The notes: generated by a model from the sequence alone, not told the origin. DNA of 64,000 nt from Cyclobacteriaceae bacterium (GCA_026989535.1 JALSJD010000102.1:2868-66867), one strand, 5' to 3'. Positions 41,551 to 52,017 are shown, numbered from the stretch's first letter. Made by a program: numbers and translations.

Positions 41551-41964
41551 CTAAAACTCTAAATGCTGAATTTCTTCGAGTGTTTTCTCGGTAAGAGGCT
41601 TGGTAACAAACTTAATTACATAATCATTATTCACGATTTTATCAATATCACGTTTATTATCCGAGCTGGATAAGATAATTACACGGCACTTGTCTTTAAC
41701 GATGCTTCCAAATTTTTCGTATTCGTACAGAAACACAAACCCATCTACAATAGGCATGTTAATATCTAAAAAGATAATGTCGGGCAGGCTATTTACATCT
41801 TCTTTATGCTCTGCCAAGTAGTCTAAAGCACCTTTGCCCGAGTTTTTAACAATCACATCGTCAGCGAATTTGGTTATCTCAATGATTCTTCTACTAATAA
41901 AATTATCGGTGTCGTTGTCATCGACCAACATTACTTTTTCAATTACATTAACCACTTCGCTCAT
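41551..41964 (-). CDS. Stand-alone response-regulator receiver domain (CheY-like)
   Basis: 137 aa with VDDND, FLDINMP and a conserved ...KP motif. Confidence 0.8.
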   Translation of the reverse strand: MSEVVNVIEKVMLVDDNDTDNFISRRIIEITKFADDVIVKNSGKGALDYLAEHKEDVNSLPDIIFLDINMPIVDGFVFLYEYEKFGSIVKDKCRVIILSSSDNKRDIDKIVNNDYVIKFVTKPLTEKTLEEIQHLEF

Positions 41965-42241
41965 ATTAAAACTAAAATGCTATTAAATCAAAGATATAAT
42001 AATGCTGCAATATTGCAAGGTGAAATCCATCAAATATTATCTCTCTTTTTATTTAGTGCCCCTAAGAAAACAGACGATTTTTGTCAAACAGGATTATTTT
42101 GGATAAAATTTTTATTTTCTTTCTATGAGTTGATGCCTTGCTCTGCCATAGCGGCTATGCGAAGGCGATGCCTAAGCATCAAGCGTAAGGCCACAAATTT
42201 AGAGGGATATTTTAGCCCCTTTTTTTTCTGCATTAAATAAT

Positions 42242-42325
42242 GAGTCCACTCCGAAAACTCACAAAATAAAAATCTCATCCAAAATAGCCCATTTTATGAA
42301 AGATGTCAGTTTTCGGAGTGGACTC
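42242..42325. mobile_element. MITE family A, short copy A2 (84 bp)
   Basis: Perfect 17-nt TIR: GAGTCCACTCCGAAAAC at 42242-42258 and GTTTTCGGAGTGGACTC at 42309-42325. Flanked by the direct repeat AATAAT on both sides (42236-42241 and 42326-42331). Confidence 0.8.
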
Positions 42326-42576
42326 AATAATATGTATTACTAAAAGATTAATTACAGCTAAAGTTATTTAACCATTTGGTAGCATCAAATTTTGATTTCT
42401 AACTATTCTTTCCCACAATTTTGTATCAGTAAAACTTTATAATAATACTTGGTTGATTAGGGCTATTGTCGAAAGGCAGTAGTCTTTTTTTATGAAAACC
42501 ATTGTTTTTATACAATGAGCGGCTATATTTGATTCAATATTACCAAATTGTTAACTTAAGGTTAACTTTAGATAAT

Positions 42577-43335
42577 ATGAGAATTAAGATTTTAGTCATA
42601 TTGCTTTTAACCAGTTTTGTTGGGTTTGCATCTACACCAAAGGATGATACTCATGAAAATTTTCGATTTGGCTTAGAGGAGTTCAATCAAGTTCTTTCGT
42701 ATAATACTAAAAATTCAACTCTGTTAAGTTCCAATGAAGTATTGGGCAAACATTTTACTCAATTAGAAAAGAAGCAATCAAAATATAAAAAAGAAACTCA
42801 ATTTGTAGAACATGTCTTTTATTATATTCATAAAAAACTACTCAAAAATTATGAGCAGTATGCTTCTATTAATCAAACACTAGCAACAGGTGCGTATGAT
42901 TGTGTAACAGCTACAGCAGTTTATGCACTTTTTTTAACGGAATTAGATATTCCTTATGCAGTTATAGAAACCAATTACCATATCTACGTATTGGTTTTTC
43001 CTGATACAGAAAAGGAAATTTTGCTAGAAACAACTGATCCACTCAATGGGTTTATTGATAATCCCGCAGAAATTGTTAAGCGTAAGCAATTGTATGCAAA
43101 GAGTAATTTAGAAGTTGATGAAAATCAGGTTGATTTAGCTTGGGATGTTGAAAACAACCTAAAAAATACAGAGTTAATTGGAGTACTCTTATATAACCAA
43201 AGTATTAAACAGTATAATTTGGGTAATCAAACGGAAGCCATTTCGTTAGCTATTGATGCCTTAAGTTATTATTCAAGTGCCCGAATTAAAACGTATTTAG
43301 GCTTTATAAGTAGCAATCAAACTGCTTTTAAGTAG
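42577..43335 (+). CDS. Secreted protein with a possible transglutaminase-like Cys-His-Asp core
   Basis: Signal peptide MRIKILVILLLTSFVGFAS, then GAYDCVTATAVYALF ... NYHIYVLV ... ETTDP. The family assignment is tentative. Confidence 0.4.
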   Translation: MRIKILVILLLTSFVGFASTPKDDTHENFRFGLEEFNQVLSYNTKNSTLLSSNEVLGKHFTQLEKKQSKYKKETQFVEHVFYYIHKKLLKNYEQYASINQTLATGAYDCVTATAVYALFLTELDIPYAVIETNYHIYVLVFPDTEKEILLETTDPLNGFIDNPAEIVKRKQLYAKSNLEVDENQVDLAWDVENNLKNTELIGVLLYNQSIKQYNLGNQTEAISLAIDALSYYSSARIKTYLGFISSNQTAFK

Positions 43336-43380
43336 CCGTTTTACACGAACTCACATTTATTCTTTCATGCCTAGTTAGAG

Positions 43381-43497
43381 CCTGTCCATAAAGTCAATGT
43401 TTTCAGAAATAACAAATAAATTTCAAAATGCAATCGACTAAACACCAAACACTTGCATGGTTTGAAATTTTTGTTATTGAGATTTCAGCCAGTCGGT
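43381..43497. repeat. Family-B long imperfect hairpin repeat, copy B3
   Basis: AATAACAAATAAATTTCAAAATGCAA ... TTGCATGGTTTGAAATTTTTGTTATT form inverted arms. Located between convergent genes. Confidence 0.6.
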
Positions 43498-44943
43498 CTA
43501 GCAATGCTTAATGCAAATATTCTTTTCTTCGGTAAAAAAGTTGAGGGCTTCGTCTCCACCTTCTCTGCCAACACCACTTTGTTTTACCCCACCAAAAGGG
43601 GTGCGTAAATCGCGAACTAGCCAGCAATTAACCCAAACAATACCTGCTTTTAACGCTGCTCCAACTTTGTGGGCTCTTTTCAAGTTTTGAGTCCATACGG
43701 TAGCAGAAAGCCCATATTTAGTACTGTTAGCAAGACCGATGGCTTCCTCTTCAGTGTCAAAAGGCTGTACAGTTACTACGGGCCCAAAAATTTCTTCTTG
43801 GTTTGTGCGGCAGCTTTCATCAAGGCCAGTGATAACCGTGGGTTGCACAAAATAGCCATTTTTACATCGGCCTTTTGGGTTGTAGGCATTGCCACCTGCA
43901 ACTACTTTTCCTCCTTCTAAGCGGGCTAAACTTATGTAATGCAGTATTTTTTCTTGGTGTTGTTCACTTACCACCGCTCCGGCTTTAGTCTCTTCTTCCA
44001 AAGGGTCGCCTACTTGCATAACTTTCACTTTTTCTACAAAGGCAGTTAAAAACTTATCGTAAGTACCTCGTTGCACATAAATACGCGAACCACATAAACA
44101 AATTTGACCTTGGTTGGCAAAAGAGGAGCGAAGGGTGGTCGCAAGAGCCTCTTCAAAATCACAATCATCAAAAATAATATTGGGGTTTTTGCCGCCTAGC
44201 TCTAACGATAATTTTTTAAACATTGGAGCCGCAATAGTGGCTATTTTTTTACCAGTGGCAGTGCCACCCGTAAACGAAATGGCTGGAATATTTGGGTGAG
44301 CAACAATGGCTTCGCCCACTTGTTGGCCTAAGCCGTGTACAATGTTTAGTACACCAGCAGGCAAGCCTGCTTCTATGCAAATCTTACTTAGCAAGTAGGC
44401 CGTCATGGGTGTAACCTCCGAAGGTTTGGCTACCACACAATTACCGCTGGCAAGAGCTGGGGCAATTTTCCAGGTAAATAAATAGAGCGGCAAATTCCAA
44501 GGTGAAATGCACCCTGCAATACCCAAGGGTTCACGTACCGTATAATTAATGCCTTTATCAGCAGTAATATGCGCTTTGGTACTTTGGTTAATAATGGCTT
44601 TGGCATAAAACCTAAAATTGGCTGAGGCCCTAGGAATATCAACTGTTCGGGCTAGGCTAATGGGTTTTCCATTATCAATGCTCTCGGCTTTGGCTAGGGC
44701 TTCTAGATGGGCATCAATAAGGTTGGCTATTTTTAGTAACATCTCTGACCGGTCTTCAATGGGCATTTTTCCCCACTCAGCTTTCGCTTTTTCAGCCGCT
44801 TTTACAGCTAGTTCCACATCGGCTGCACTAGAATCTGGAATATTAGAATACACCTCCCCAATCGCAGGGTTGATATTATCTAAGTACTTGCCTGTGGTAG
44901 GCTCTAGTAATTTGCCATCGATGTAATTCAGTATTTTTTCCAT
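43498..44943 (-). CDS. NAD(P)-dependent aldehyde dehydrogenase
   Basis: 481 aa with ELGGKNP, the catalytic region FANQGQICLCGSR and EEIFGPV. Confidence 0.9.
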   Translation of the reverse strand: MEKILNYIDGKLLEPTTGKYLDNINPAIGEVYSNIPDSSAADVELAVKAAEKAKAEWGKMPIEDRSEMLLKIANLIDAHLEALAKAESIDNGKPISLARTVDIPRASANFRFYAKAIINQSTKAHITADKGINYTVREPLGIAGCISPWNLPLYLFTWKIAPALASGNCVVAKPSEVTPMTAYLLSKICIEAGLPAGVLNIVHGLGQQVGEAIVAHPNIPAISFTGGTATGKKIATIAAPMFKKLSLELGGKNPNIIFDDCDFEEALATTLRSSFANQGQICLCGSRIYVQRGTYDKFLTAFVEKVKVMQVGDPLEEETKAGAVVSEQHQEKILHYISLARLEGGKVVAGGNAYNPKGRCKNGYFVQPTVITGLDESCRTNQEEIFGPVVTVQPFDTEEEAIGLANSTKYGLSATVWTQNLKRAHKVGAALKAGIVWVNCWLVRDLRTPFGGVKQSGVGREGGDEALNFFTEEKNICIKHC

Positions 44944-45092
44944 TGCGTGGTATTAAATTCATCAATATTTTTTTGTTTGGATTAGAATGTTCAAGGCTTG
45001 TGAAGTTAAAAATAACAGGAGCTTATCATTTGTAAGAGACTGCTATTTTTAACAAAGTAACGAAGAAATTGGGCTTTCTAAACGAACATTTA

Positions 45093-45869
45093 TTACAAAC
45101 ATCCTGTTCTTCCTCCATCTACCGGCACATTAATTCCATTAATATAACCCGCAGCAGGCGATGCCAAAAAAGCTACAACTGCCCCCACTTCATTGGGTTG
45201 TGCAAAGCGTTTGGCAGGCACTTCTGCTTGCATTGCTTCGCTTACTTCTTTAATCGATTTTTGCAGCTTTTGGGCTTTACTTTCAATAATGGATGAAAGC
45301 CTTGCTGTATTGGTTGCTCCTGGCAATACATTATTGATGGTAATGCCAAAACAGCCCAGTTCGTTGGCCAATGTTTTAGACCAACTGGCTACGGCTCCTC
45401 TAATAGTGTTTGAAACGCCCAACCCATTTAACGGCATTTTAACCGAGGTGGAAATTATGTTAATAATACGGCCATAGCCTTCCGACACCATAAAGGGCGT
45501 AAGGGCTTGTGCCAATAATTGATTGTTTAATAAATGATTGGCAAAAGCCGTTGTAAACTCGGTAATATCAGCATCTACCGCTTTACCTCCCGGTGGACCA
45601 CCAGTATTATTTACCAAAATATGAAATTCATCATGGGTGGAAACAACTTCTTTTACTTGGTTATTATCCGAAAAATCGGCCACTAAAGTGGAGTGCTTTT
45701 GGTTTTTACTAGCATCTAACGTTGCAAGTGCTTTATTCAGCTTTTCGCTATTACGTGCAAAAAGAGTAACATTAGCTCCCAAAATTGCTAGCTCTTGTGC
45801 GGCTGCAAGCCCTATTCCTTGCGTACTGCCACATACTAAGGCATTTTTACTGGTTAAGTCTAAATTCAT
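45093..45869 (-). CDS. Short-chain dehydrogenase/reductase (SDR)
   Basis: GSTQGIGLA, NNTG and INNVLPG motifs. Confidence 0.85.
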   Translation of the reverse strand: MNLDLTSKNALVCGSTQGIGLAAAQELAILGANVTLFARNSEKLNKALATLDASKNQKHSTLVADFSDNNQVKEVVSTHDEFHILVNNTGGPPGGKAVDADITEFTTAFANHLLNNQLLAQALTPFMVSEGYGRIINIISTSVKMPLNGLGVSNTIRGAVASWSKTLANELGCFGITINNVLPGATNTARLSSIIESKAQKLQKSIKEVSEAMQAEVPAKRFAQPNEVGAVVAFLASPAAGYINGINVPVDGGRTGCL

Positions 45870-46125
45870 TTGAATTGATTTGTAGTAAATATAAAAATCA
45901 TTTGAATCTAAGGAAAGAAAAATAAGCGTTATTGAGTTAAGCTGCTAATGAATTTAACCACAAAATGCACAAAGAAGCACTAAAGCTATTTCTTTGCGCC
46001 TTCGCTACTCTTTCGTAGTACTACGTAGAAGGGGCTGAGGCTTCACCGCCTTCGCTAAAGGCTTTAGTTGATTTCGTAAGCGTTGTGAAAACTTCCTGTC
46101 TTTATGGCTAGGCAGGAGACTTTCT

Positions 46126-46389
46126 TTGCATAAGGAGATATACTATTTTTTAGAGAAGGGTGAATGTGATTTTATTGTATTTAAAAATAAAAAAATCCAT
46201 AAAATCATTCAGGTTTGCTATACGTTAAATCAAGATAATATGAAACGTGAACTAAATGGCATATTTGAAGCACTTGCCCATTTTAAACTAAAAACTGGCA
46301 CTATAATTACCTTAAATCAAAAAGATTGCTTTCAGCAAAATGGCATGGTTGCCAATGTGCTACCCGCCTATACTTTTTTAGCAACATGA
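46126..46389 (+). pseudogene. C-terminal remnant of an AAA-ATPase (DUF4143-type) gene
   Basis: GECDFIV....KIHKIIQVCYTLNQDNMKRELNGIFEA...FKLKTGTIITLNQKD resembles the C-terminal nuclease-like module of AAA_14/DUF4143 ATPases. No upstream ATPase portion is present. Confidence 0.5.
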
Positions 46390-46464
46390 TAAATTTTTAA
46401 TTTGCCGTGTTTTTTTGCTTTAATTTGTCGATTCTTTACTTTATTGGAACTTAGCCAAAATTGT

Positions 46465-47736
46465 TTAATGAGCTAATCGTTGCATTCTATTGGCATCCAG
46501 TGCCAGCAAAATAAATACGAGTGTTGTAAACGAAATAAGGGATGAGCCTCCATAACTAAAAAATGGGAGAGGAATACCAATAACAGGAAACAGGCCGATG
46601 GTCATACCAATGTTTACCATAAAATGAAAGAATAATATACTGGCAACCGAGTAGCCATACACGCGTGCAAAACGCCATTTTTGTCGTTCGGCAATTTGCG
46701 TAATCCGAAGTAATAATGCGGTAAATAATACGATTACAAGCATAGAGCCAATCCATCCTTGTTCTTCTCCTATGGTGCAAAAGATAAAATCAGTACTTTG
46801 TTCGGGCACAAAATCAAACTTAGTTTGGGTGCCTTTTAGGTAGCCTTTGCCCCCAAACCCACCTGAGCCAATGGCAATTTTCGATTGGGTTACATTCCAG
46901 CCTGCTCCCAAAGGATCGGCATTAGGGTTGAGCAATACTAATATTCTATTTTGTTGGTGGGGTTTTAATAAGTTATCAAACGCATACCCTACACTATGGT
47001 ACATACCTATAATGGCTGCTCCTAAAATAAAAATGAGCGCAGCACGTTTAATGCTTTTACGATTTAAATAGATAGCCAGTGCCATCGTTACTACTACGGG
47101 TGTCCAAAAGTAAAAGTTATTTTCAACCAATAATGCCAATAAAAAAATAATAGCAGAAGCAACACCTACTACTAAAGGAATTGGCGACATGCCTTCTCTA
47201 AAAAGCACTAAAATAAACATTAAAAACACAAGTGCTGTACCTGCATCGCCTTGTGCAATAATAAGTACCATAGGTATGCTAATAATAAGTACCACAGAAA
47301 AAGCATTCTTTAACCTGCTTATTTTAAAATTAGGCTTACTTACATATTTAGCCAGTGCTAAGGCGGTAGCAAATTTGGTAAACTCCGAAGGTTGAAATCT
47401 GAATGGACCAATTTCAAGCCATGATTTTGCTCCGTTAACCTCTCGTGCAAAAATCATTACTACCACTAACAGTACTATAAAAATAATCCAAATAGGGTAG
47501 GCAAGTGTGTCGTATATTTTATAATCTAAAGATAGGATTACAATAGCAACTATAATGGCAATGCCAATAAAAGCCATTTGCTTGCCAGCATTATGGCTAA
47601 AACTAAAAAAGCCAGAAGTGCTGTCAGCATCATAAACGGCTGCATAAACATTAATTACACCAAATAATACCAGCAGGCCATACAGTATAATGGTCATCCA
47701 GTCTAATTGATTAACTAAGCCGTCTGTTCTTTTCAT
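46465..47736 (-). CDS. rodA: Rod shape-determining protein RodA (SEDS family)
   Basis: 423 aa, polytopic, with DFIF and PFFSYGGSS motifs, downstream of mrdA. Confidence 0.92.
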   Translation of the reverse strand: MKRTDGLVNQLDWMTIILYGLLVLFGVINVYAAVYDADSTSGFFSFSHNAGKQMAFIGIAIIVAIVILSLDYKIYDTLAYPIWIIFIVLLVVVMIFAREVNGAKSWLEIGPFRFQPSEFTKFATALALAKYVSKPNFKISRLKNAFSVVLIISIPMVLIIAQGDAGTALVFLMFILVLFREGMSPIPLVVGVASAIIFLLALLVENNFYFWTPVVVTMALAIYLNRKSIKRAALIFILGAAIIGMYHSVGYAFDNLLKPHQQNRILVLLNPNADPLGAGWNVTQSKIAIGSGGFGGKGYLKGTQTKFDFVPEQSTDFIFCTIGEEQGWIGSMLVIVLFTALLLRITQIAERQKWRFARVYGYSVASILFFHFMVNIGMTIGLFPVIGIPLPFFSYGGSSLISFTTLVFILLALDANRMQRLAH

Positions 47737-49550
47737 TCAAAATCTCCTTTTAAAACGTAGGGTTCAAAATATAATGCTGCACTATCTTTTTTAAGGTATT
47801 TTTCAATAAGTAAGCCTGAAATAGCAGCCGCTGCTCGTGCTCCTTGCCCTGCATTTTCAACATATACCGAAACGGCTATTTTAGGATTATCTCTTGGTGC
47901 AAAAGCAATAAAAACGGAGTGGTCGGGATTAGGGTCATTTTGCACGGTGCCTGTTTTTCCACATACTTCTATGTCTTTTAATTTAGCTCGGTATTGGCCT
48001 GTGCCACTTTTAATTACCTCAGCCATCGCTTCAACTGCCACCTCAAAATAAGCGGAGTCAACACCTGCATAATGTTTTTTAGTATAGATGGGCAAAGGCT
48101 GCCCCGTATTACTGATGGATTTTACAAGGTGTGGTTTATAATAATACCCTCTGTTGGCCACCGTAGCCGTAAAATTGGCCATTTGAATAGGCACTACTAA
48201 ATTTTCTCCTTCGCCAATAGCCAATGAATAAATATTAGAAAATTTCCATTCTCTGCCTTTATAGGCTCGGTCATAGTATTTTGAATCTGGAATTAACCCT
48301 CCTTTTTCACCCGGTAAATCAATGCCTAATGGGGCCCCAAATCCAAATTTTTTAATGTACGCATTCCATTTATCGAGCCCAATTTTAGCATCTTTATATG
48401 GGCTGTCTTCTACATGTTGCACCACCATTTTACGCATTACTTGGTAGAAATATGGGTTGCAAGAGTTCTTGATAGCACCCACTAATTTTTCGGAGGTGCC
48501 AAAGGGGTGGCTGCCTCCATTATGGCAACCTATAAGGTTGGTATTGCATTTAAATCTGGTATATGGTGTAATTACACCTTCTTGCATGGCCACCAACGAC
48601 TGTACAATTTTAAAGATACTCCCTGGCCTATAAGCCGCCATTAAAGCCCTGTTAAAGAGTGGTTTAAGCGAATCTTGTTTGATAGTGCTAAAATTTTTGC
48701 TAAAATTTTTGCCTGATAATAATCCGGGGGCATACGAAGGAGCAGAAACAATACTCAAAATTTCGCCTGTTGAAGGCTCTATGGCTACAATGCTGCCTGA
48801 TTTTCCTTTCATTAGCTTTTCCGCATATTCTTGAAGGGCTCTATCAATAGTTGTAGTAACAGAAAAGCCAGGAACAGCTAATGTGTCAAACTTACCCTCT
48901 TTAAATTTCCCTTTTTCAACACCTCTAACATTTCTAATTTTAAATTGCTTGCCACGCAAGCCTCTTAAGTAAGTTTCGTAATTAGATTCTAGCCCACTTT
49001 TGCCAATATAATCTCCACTGTGGTAATAGTTTATTGTATCCTTGGAGAGCTCATATTTACTAATTTCACTGATGTAGCCTAGCGCATTGGCTAAAATTGG
49101 ATAAGTGTAAGAGCGTGTAATTCGTGGCTGAAGAACAAATCCGGAAAACTCATCCAAATGGTCTTCAAATTTTGAGAAATCCTCAAGGGAAATTTGCTTG
49201 ATAAACAACGATGCTTTTACGTAAGAATAGGCTTTTGCTTTTTTAGTTTTTGCATCAAATTCTTTAATAGTTATGCCTACCAACCCACAAAAACGTGCTG
49301 TATCTATATTTTTTATTTGAGCAGGAATTACGAGTAAATCAAAGATAGCTTTGTTGGCTACCAGTATTTCTCCATTTCTGTCATACATTAAACCTCTAAA
49401 AGGGTATTCAATTTCTTCCTGAATAATATTATTATCGGCAGCTGTTTTATAACTGTCATCTAATACTTGCAATAAAAATAGTCTCACAGAAAATATGATG
49501 GCTACTAAAACGAAAATACCTTGGATAATATACCCTCTCGATTTATTCAT
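47733..49550 (-). CDS. mrdA: Penicillin-binding protein 2 (elongasome transpeptidase)
   Basis: PGSIFK (SxxK), SCN and KTGT motifs. Confidence 0.92.
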   Translation of the reverse strand: MNKSRGYIIQGIFVLVAIIFSVRLFLLQVLDDSYKTAADNNIIQEEIEYPFRGLMYDRNGEILVANKAIFDLLVIPAQIKNIDTARFCGLVGITIKEFDAKTKKAKAYSYVKASLFIKQISLEDFSKFEDHLDEFSGFVLQPRITRSYTYPILANALGYISEISKYELSKDTINYYHSGDYIGKSGLESNYETYLRGLRGKQFKIRNVRGVEKGKFKEGKFDTLAVPGFSVTTTIDRALQEYAEKLMKGKSGSIVAIEPSTGEILSIVSAPSYAPGLLSGKNFSKNFSTIKQDSLKPLFNRALMAAYRPGSIFKIVQSLVAMQEGVITPYTRFKCNTNLIGCHNGGSHPFGTSEKLVGAIKNSCNPYFYQVMRKMVVQHVEDSPYKDAKIGLDKWNAYIKKFGFGAPLGIDLPGEKGGLIPDSKYYDRAYKGREWKFSNIYSLAIGEGENLVVPIQMANFTATVANRGYYYKPHLVKSISNTGQPLPIYTKKHYAGVDSAYFEVAVEAMAEVIKSGTGQYRAKLKDIEVCGKTGTVQNDPNPDHSVFIAFAPRDNPKIAVSVYVENAGQGARAAAAISGLLIEKYLKKDSAALYFEPYVLKGDFE

Positions 49551-50065
49551 CGCGCACCTGATTTTTTGGAGAATAGATATTGGGTAATGATGACTACACT
49601 AAACGTAAAAAAAGTAGATAAAATAATTTTTTGAATAGTAAAAAGGAATAGGTGAAAACCTCCTGCTTCAACAATAAAAAGCCACGAATGGTGTAAGAAA
49701 ATAAGAATAAGGGCATAAGTAGAAAACCAACTAAATCCCATAAGAGTAGGGGTGGGTCTTGCTCCTAGCGGATACCCGCCATGAGGTGTAAAAACCTTAA
49801 ATAGCATAGGACGCAAATACATTAAAAGCACCGAAGCCGAGGTATGAACGCCCAATGTATTTGAAAAAACATCAACTGTAACACCCGTGGCAAAACCAAT
49901 AAGCATAGCTGCGATAATACCTAACTCAAATTGAAAGCTTAGTAAAAAACCAACATAGATAAAGGCAAACCCTTTTCCTAAAAACACCATTTTATTAAAT
50001 AAAAGTACTTGGAAAAGTATATAGCTAAAAAAAGTAACCAGCTTAATTATGTTGTCCTTATTCAT
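49547..50065 (-). CDS. mreD: Rod shape-determining protein MreD
   Basis: 172-aa polytopic membrane protein in the mreBCD position. Confidence 0.75.
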   Translation of the reverse strand: MNKDNIIKLVTFFSYILFQVLLFNKMVFLGKGFAFIYVGFLLSFQFELGIIAAMLIGFATGVTVDVFSNTLGVHTSASVLLMYLRPMLFKVFTPHGGYPLGARPTPTLMGFSWFSTYALILIFLHHSWLFIVEAGGFHLFLFTIQKIILSTFFTFSVVIITQYLFSKKSGAR

Positions 50066-50877
50066 TCTTCAACGGTTTGAGTTAACGAATCAATTTGGGG
50101 CAAGTCTTTGTTAAGAACCACCTCTACTAACGATAAATTTGTAAAGTCGTTTACCAGTTTAATTTGGATGTCAAAAAAGGAGGCATCTTCGGGCAATACT
50201 AATTTACTTATAATGCCAATGGTAATACCACTGGGGTAAATGGCATTAAAGCCACTGGTTGTAACGGTATCGCCAATGGCTAAATTATAATGGCGGGGTA
50301 CATAAAGTACTTTGGCATATTCGGGCGATTTTCCATCCCATTGCACGGTGCATAAATTTATTTTATTTTTAATTTCTGCTGAAATCTTTACATCTACATC
50401 TAACACAGATACTACCGTTGAGTAGTTTTTTCCTGCCCTCTTTACTTTGCCAACAATTCCGCTATTGCCAATTACGCCCATGCCCGGTTGCACCCCTTGG
50501 TTGCTTCCTGCATTAATAGTAAGCGTGTTATTAAGTAGATATACGTTGTTATTAACTATTTTAGAATTAATGAAGGAAAAATTACTAATCGTATCTACAC
50601 TATTATCTTCTCCCAGTTTTTTTAATAACGCTAAATACTTTGCTCTAAGCAAGGCATTTTCTTTACTCAGCTGCTGGTTAGTAGTGGTTAAACTAAAATA
50701 GTTATTGATGTTATTAGCTGACTCTAATAAAGAACCCACTACATAATTAGTAGAGTTAAAAAATGTTACACGGTTATAGTTTGAGTTTTGAACCACTAAA
50801 AAAAAAGCGGCTGATTCAAGTAATATAAATACTAAAAAAGCTCTGTATTTGTGTAAAAACAGTAAAAAACTGCGCAT
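50062..50877 (-). CDS. mreC: Rod shape-determining protein MreC
   Basis: TM helix, coiled coil and a beta-rich domain, in the operon position. Confidence 0.85.
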   Translation of the reverse strand: MRSFLLFLHKYRAFLVFILLESAAFFLVVQNSNYNRVTFFNSTNYVVGSLLESANNINNYFSLTTTNQQLSKENALLRAKYLALLKKLGEDNSVDTISNFSFINSKIVNNNVYLLNNTLTINAGSNQGVQPGMGVIGNSGIVGKVKRAGKNYSTVVSVLDVDVKISAEIKNKINLCTVQWDGKSPEYAKVLYVPRHYNLAIGDTVTTSGFNAIYPSGITIGIISKLVLPEDASFFDIQIKLVNDFTNLSLVEVVLNKDLPQIDSLTQTVEE

Positions 50878-50881
50878 TGGC

Positions 50882-51910
50882 TTATGTCATTAGCACAGGT
50901 TTGTACTGGTTCAGGTTTTTCATTGCAATGCCTGTTCCTCTAACCACTGCTTTTAACGGGTCTTCCACTACGTGAATAGGTAGCTTTGTTTTTAAAGCTA
51001 ATCTTTTACTTAACCCTCGCAATGAAGCACCTCCACCTGTTAAGTGAATGCCTCTGTCGTAAATATCAGCTGACAGTTCTGGGGGTGATATTTCGAGTGC
51101 TTTAAGCACGGCTTCTTCTACCTTAGATACTGATTTGTCTAAAGCAAAGGCTATTTCAGAATAAGAAGCTTTAATTACTTTAGGGATGCCTGTCATTAAA
51201 TCTCTACCTCTGATTTCATAATCTTCAGGGCCATCGTCTAACTCGGTTAAGGCAGACCCCACTTCAATTTTTACACGTTCGGCAGACCTTTCTCCAATGA
51301 GTAGATTATGCTGCCTACGCATATAATCCAGAATATCTTTATTAAACGTATCGCCTGCAATTCGAATAGATTGGTTGCTTACAATGCCTGAGAGCGCAAT
51401 TACAGCAATTTCTGTAGTCCCCCCCCCAATATCAACAATCATAGAGCCCATAGGCTCTTCAATGTCGATGCCTGTGCCAATAGCAGCGGCAATGGGTTCA
51501 TAAATCATATACACCTCTTTGGCTCCAGCGTGCTCGGCCGAATCTCGTACCGCTCTTTTTTCCACTTCAGTAATGCCCGAAGGAATGCAGATTACCATTC
51601 GGTGCGATTTTGGGAAGATACTTCTACTTCCTTCATCAATCATCTTTATCATTCCTCTAATCATATGCTCTGCCGCATGAAAATCAGCAATTACACCATC
51701 TTTTAGTGGGCGAATGGTTCGTATATTGTCATGCGTTTTTTCGTGCATTTGCATAGCTTGCCGGCCAATGGCCAAAACTTTGTTTGTGCTGCGGTCAATC
51801 GCAATAATGGAAGGCTCGTCCACCACAATTTTGTCATCTTTTATAATTAATGTGTTGGCGGTTCCTAAATCAATGGCTAAGTCACTGGAAAAAAAATCGA
51901 AAAAACCCAT
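50882..51910 (-). CDS. mreB: Rod shape-determining protein MreB
   Basis: DLGTANTLI and DIGGGTTEIAV motifs. Confidence 0.97.
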   Translation of the reverse strand: MGFFDFFSSDLAIDLGTANTLIIKDDKIVVDEPSIIAIDRSTNKVLAIGRQAMQMHEKTHDNIRTIRPLKDGVIADFHAAEHMIRGMIKMIDEGSRSIFPKSHRMVICIPSGITEVEKRAVRDSAEHAGAKEVYMIYEPIAAAIGTGIDIEEPMGSMIVDIGGGTTEIAVIALSGIVSNQSIRIAGDTFNKDILDYMRRQHNLLIGERSAERVKIEVGSALTELDDGPEDYEIRGRDLMTGIPKVIKASYSEIAFALDKSVSKVEEAVLKALEISPPELSADIYDRGIHLTGGGASLRGLSKRLALKTKLPIHVVEDPLKAVVRGTGIAMKNLNQYKPVLMT

Positions 51911-52017
51911 ACTAGTTGTTAAATATTAGTAGTAAAATAAAATTTTGTTGTTGCACTATTTACCAAGCTGACTAAAATACAAATTAGTTTTAATTTATGG
52001 CTTAAAACTAATCCATT

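Noticed and set aside
41977-42240. 87-aa ORF upstream of MITE copy A2, and the first 33 codons of ORF 56313..57539
   Set aside because: Both run through or abut MITE and repeat sequence. The dipeptidase has a proper lipoprotein-like N-terminus at 56412.
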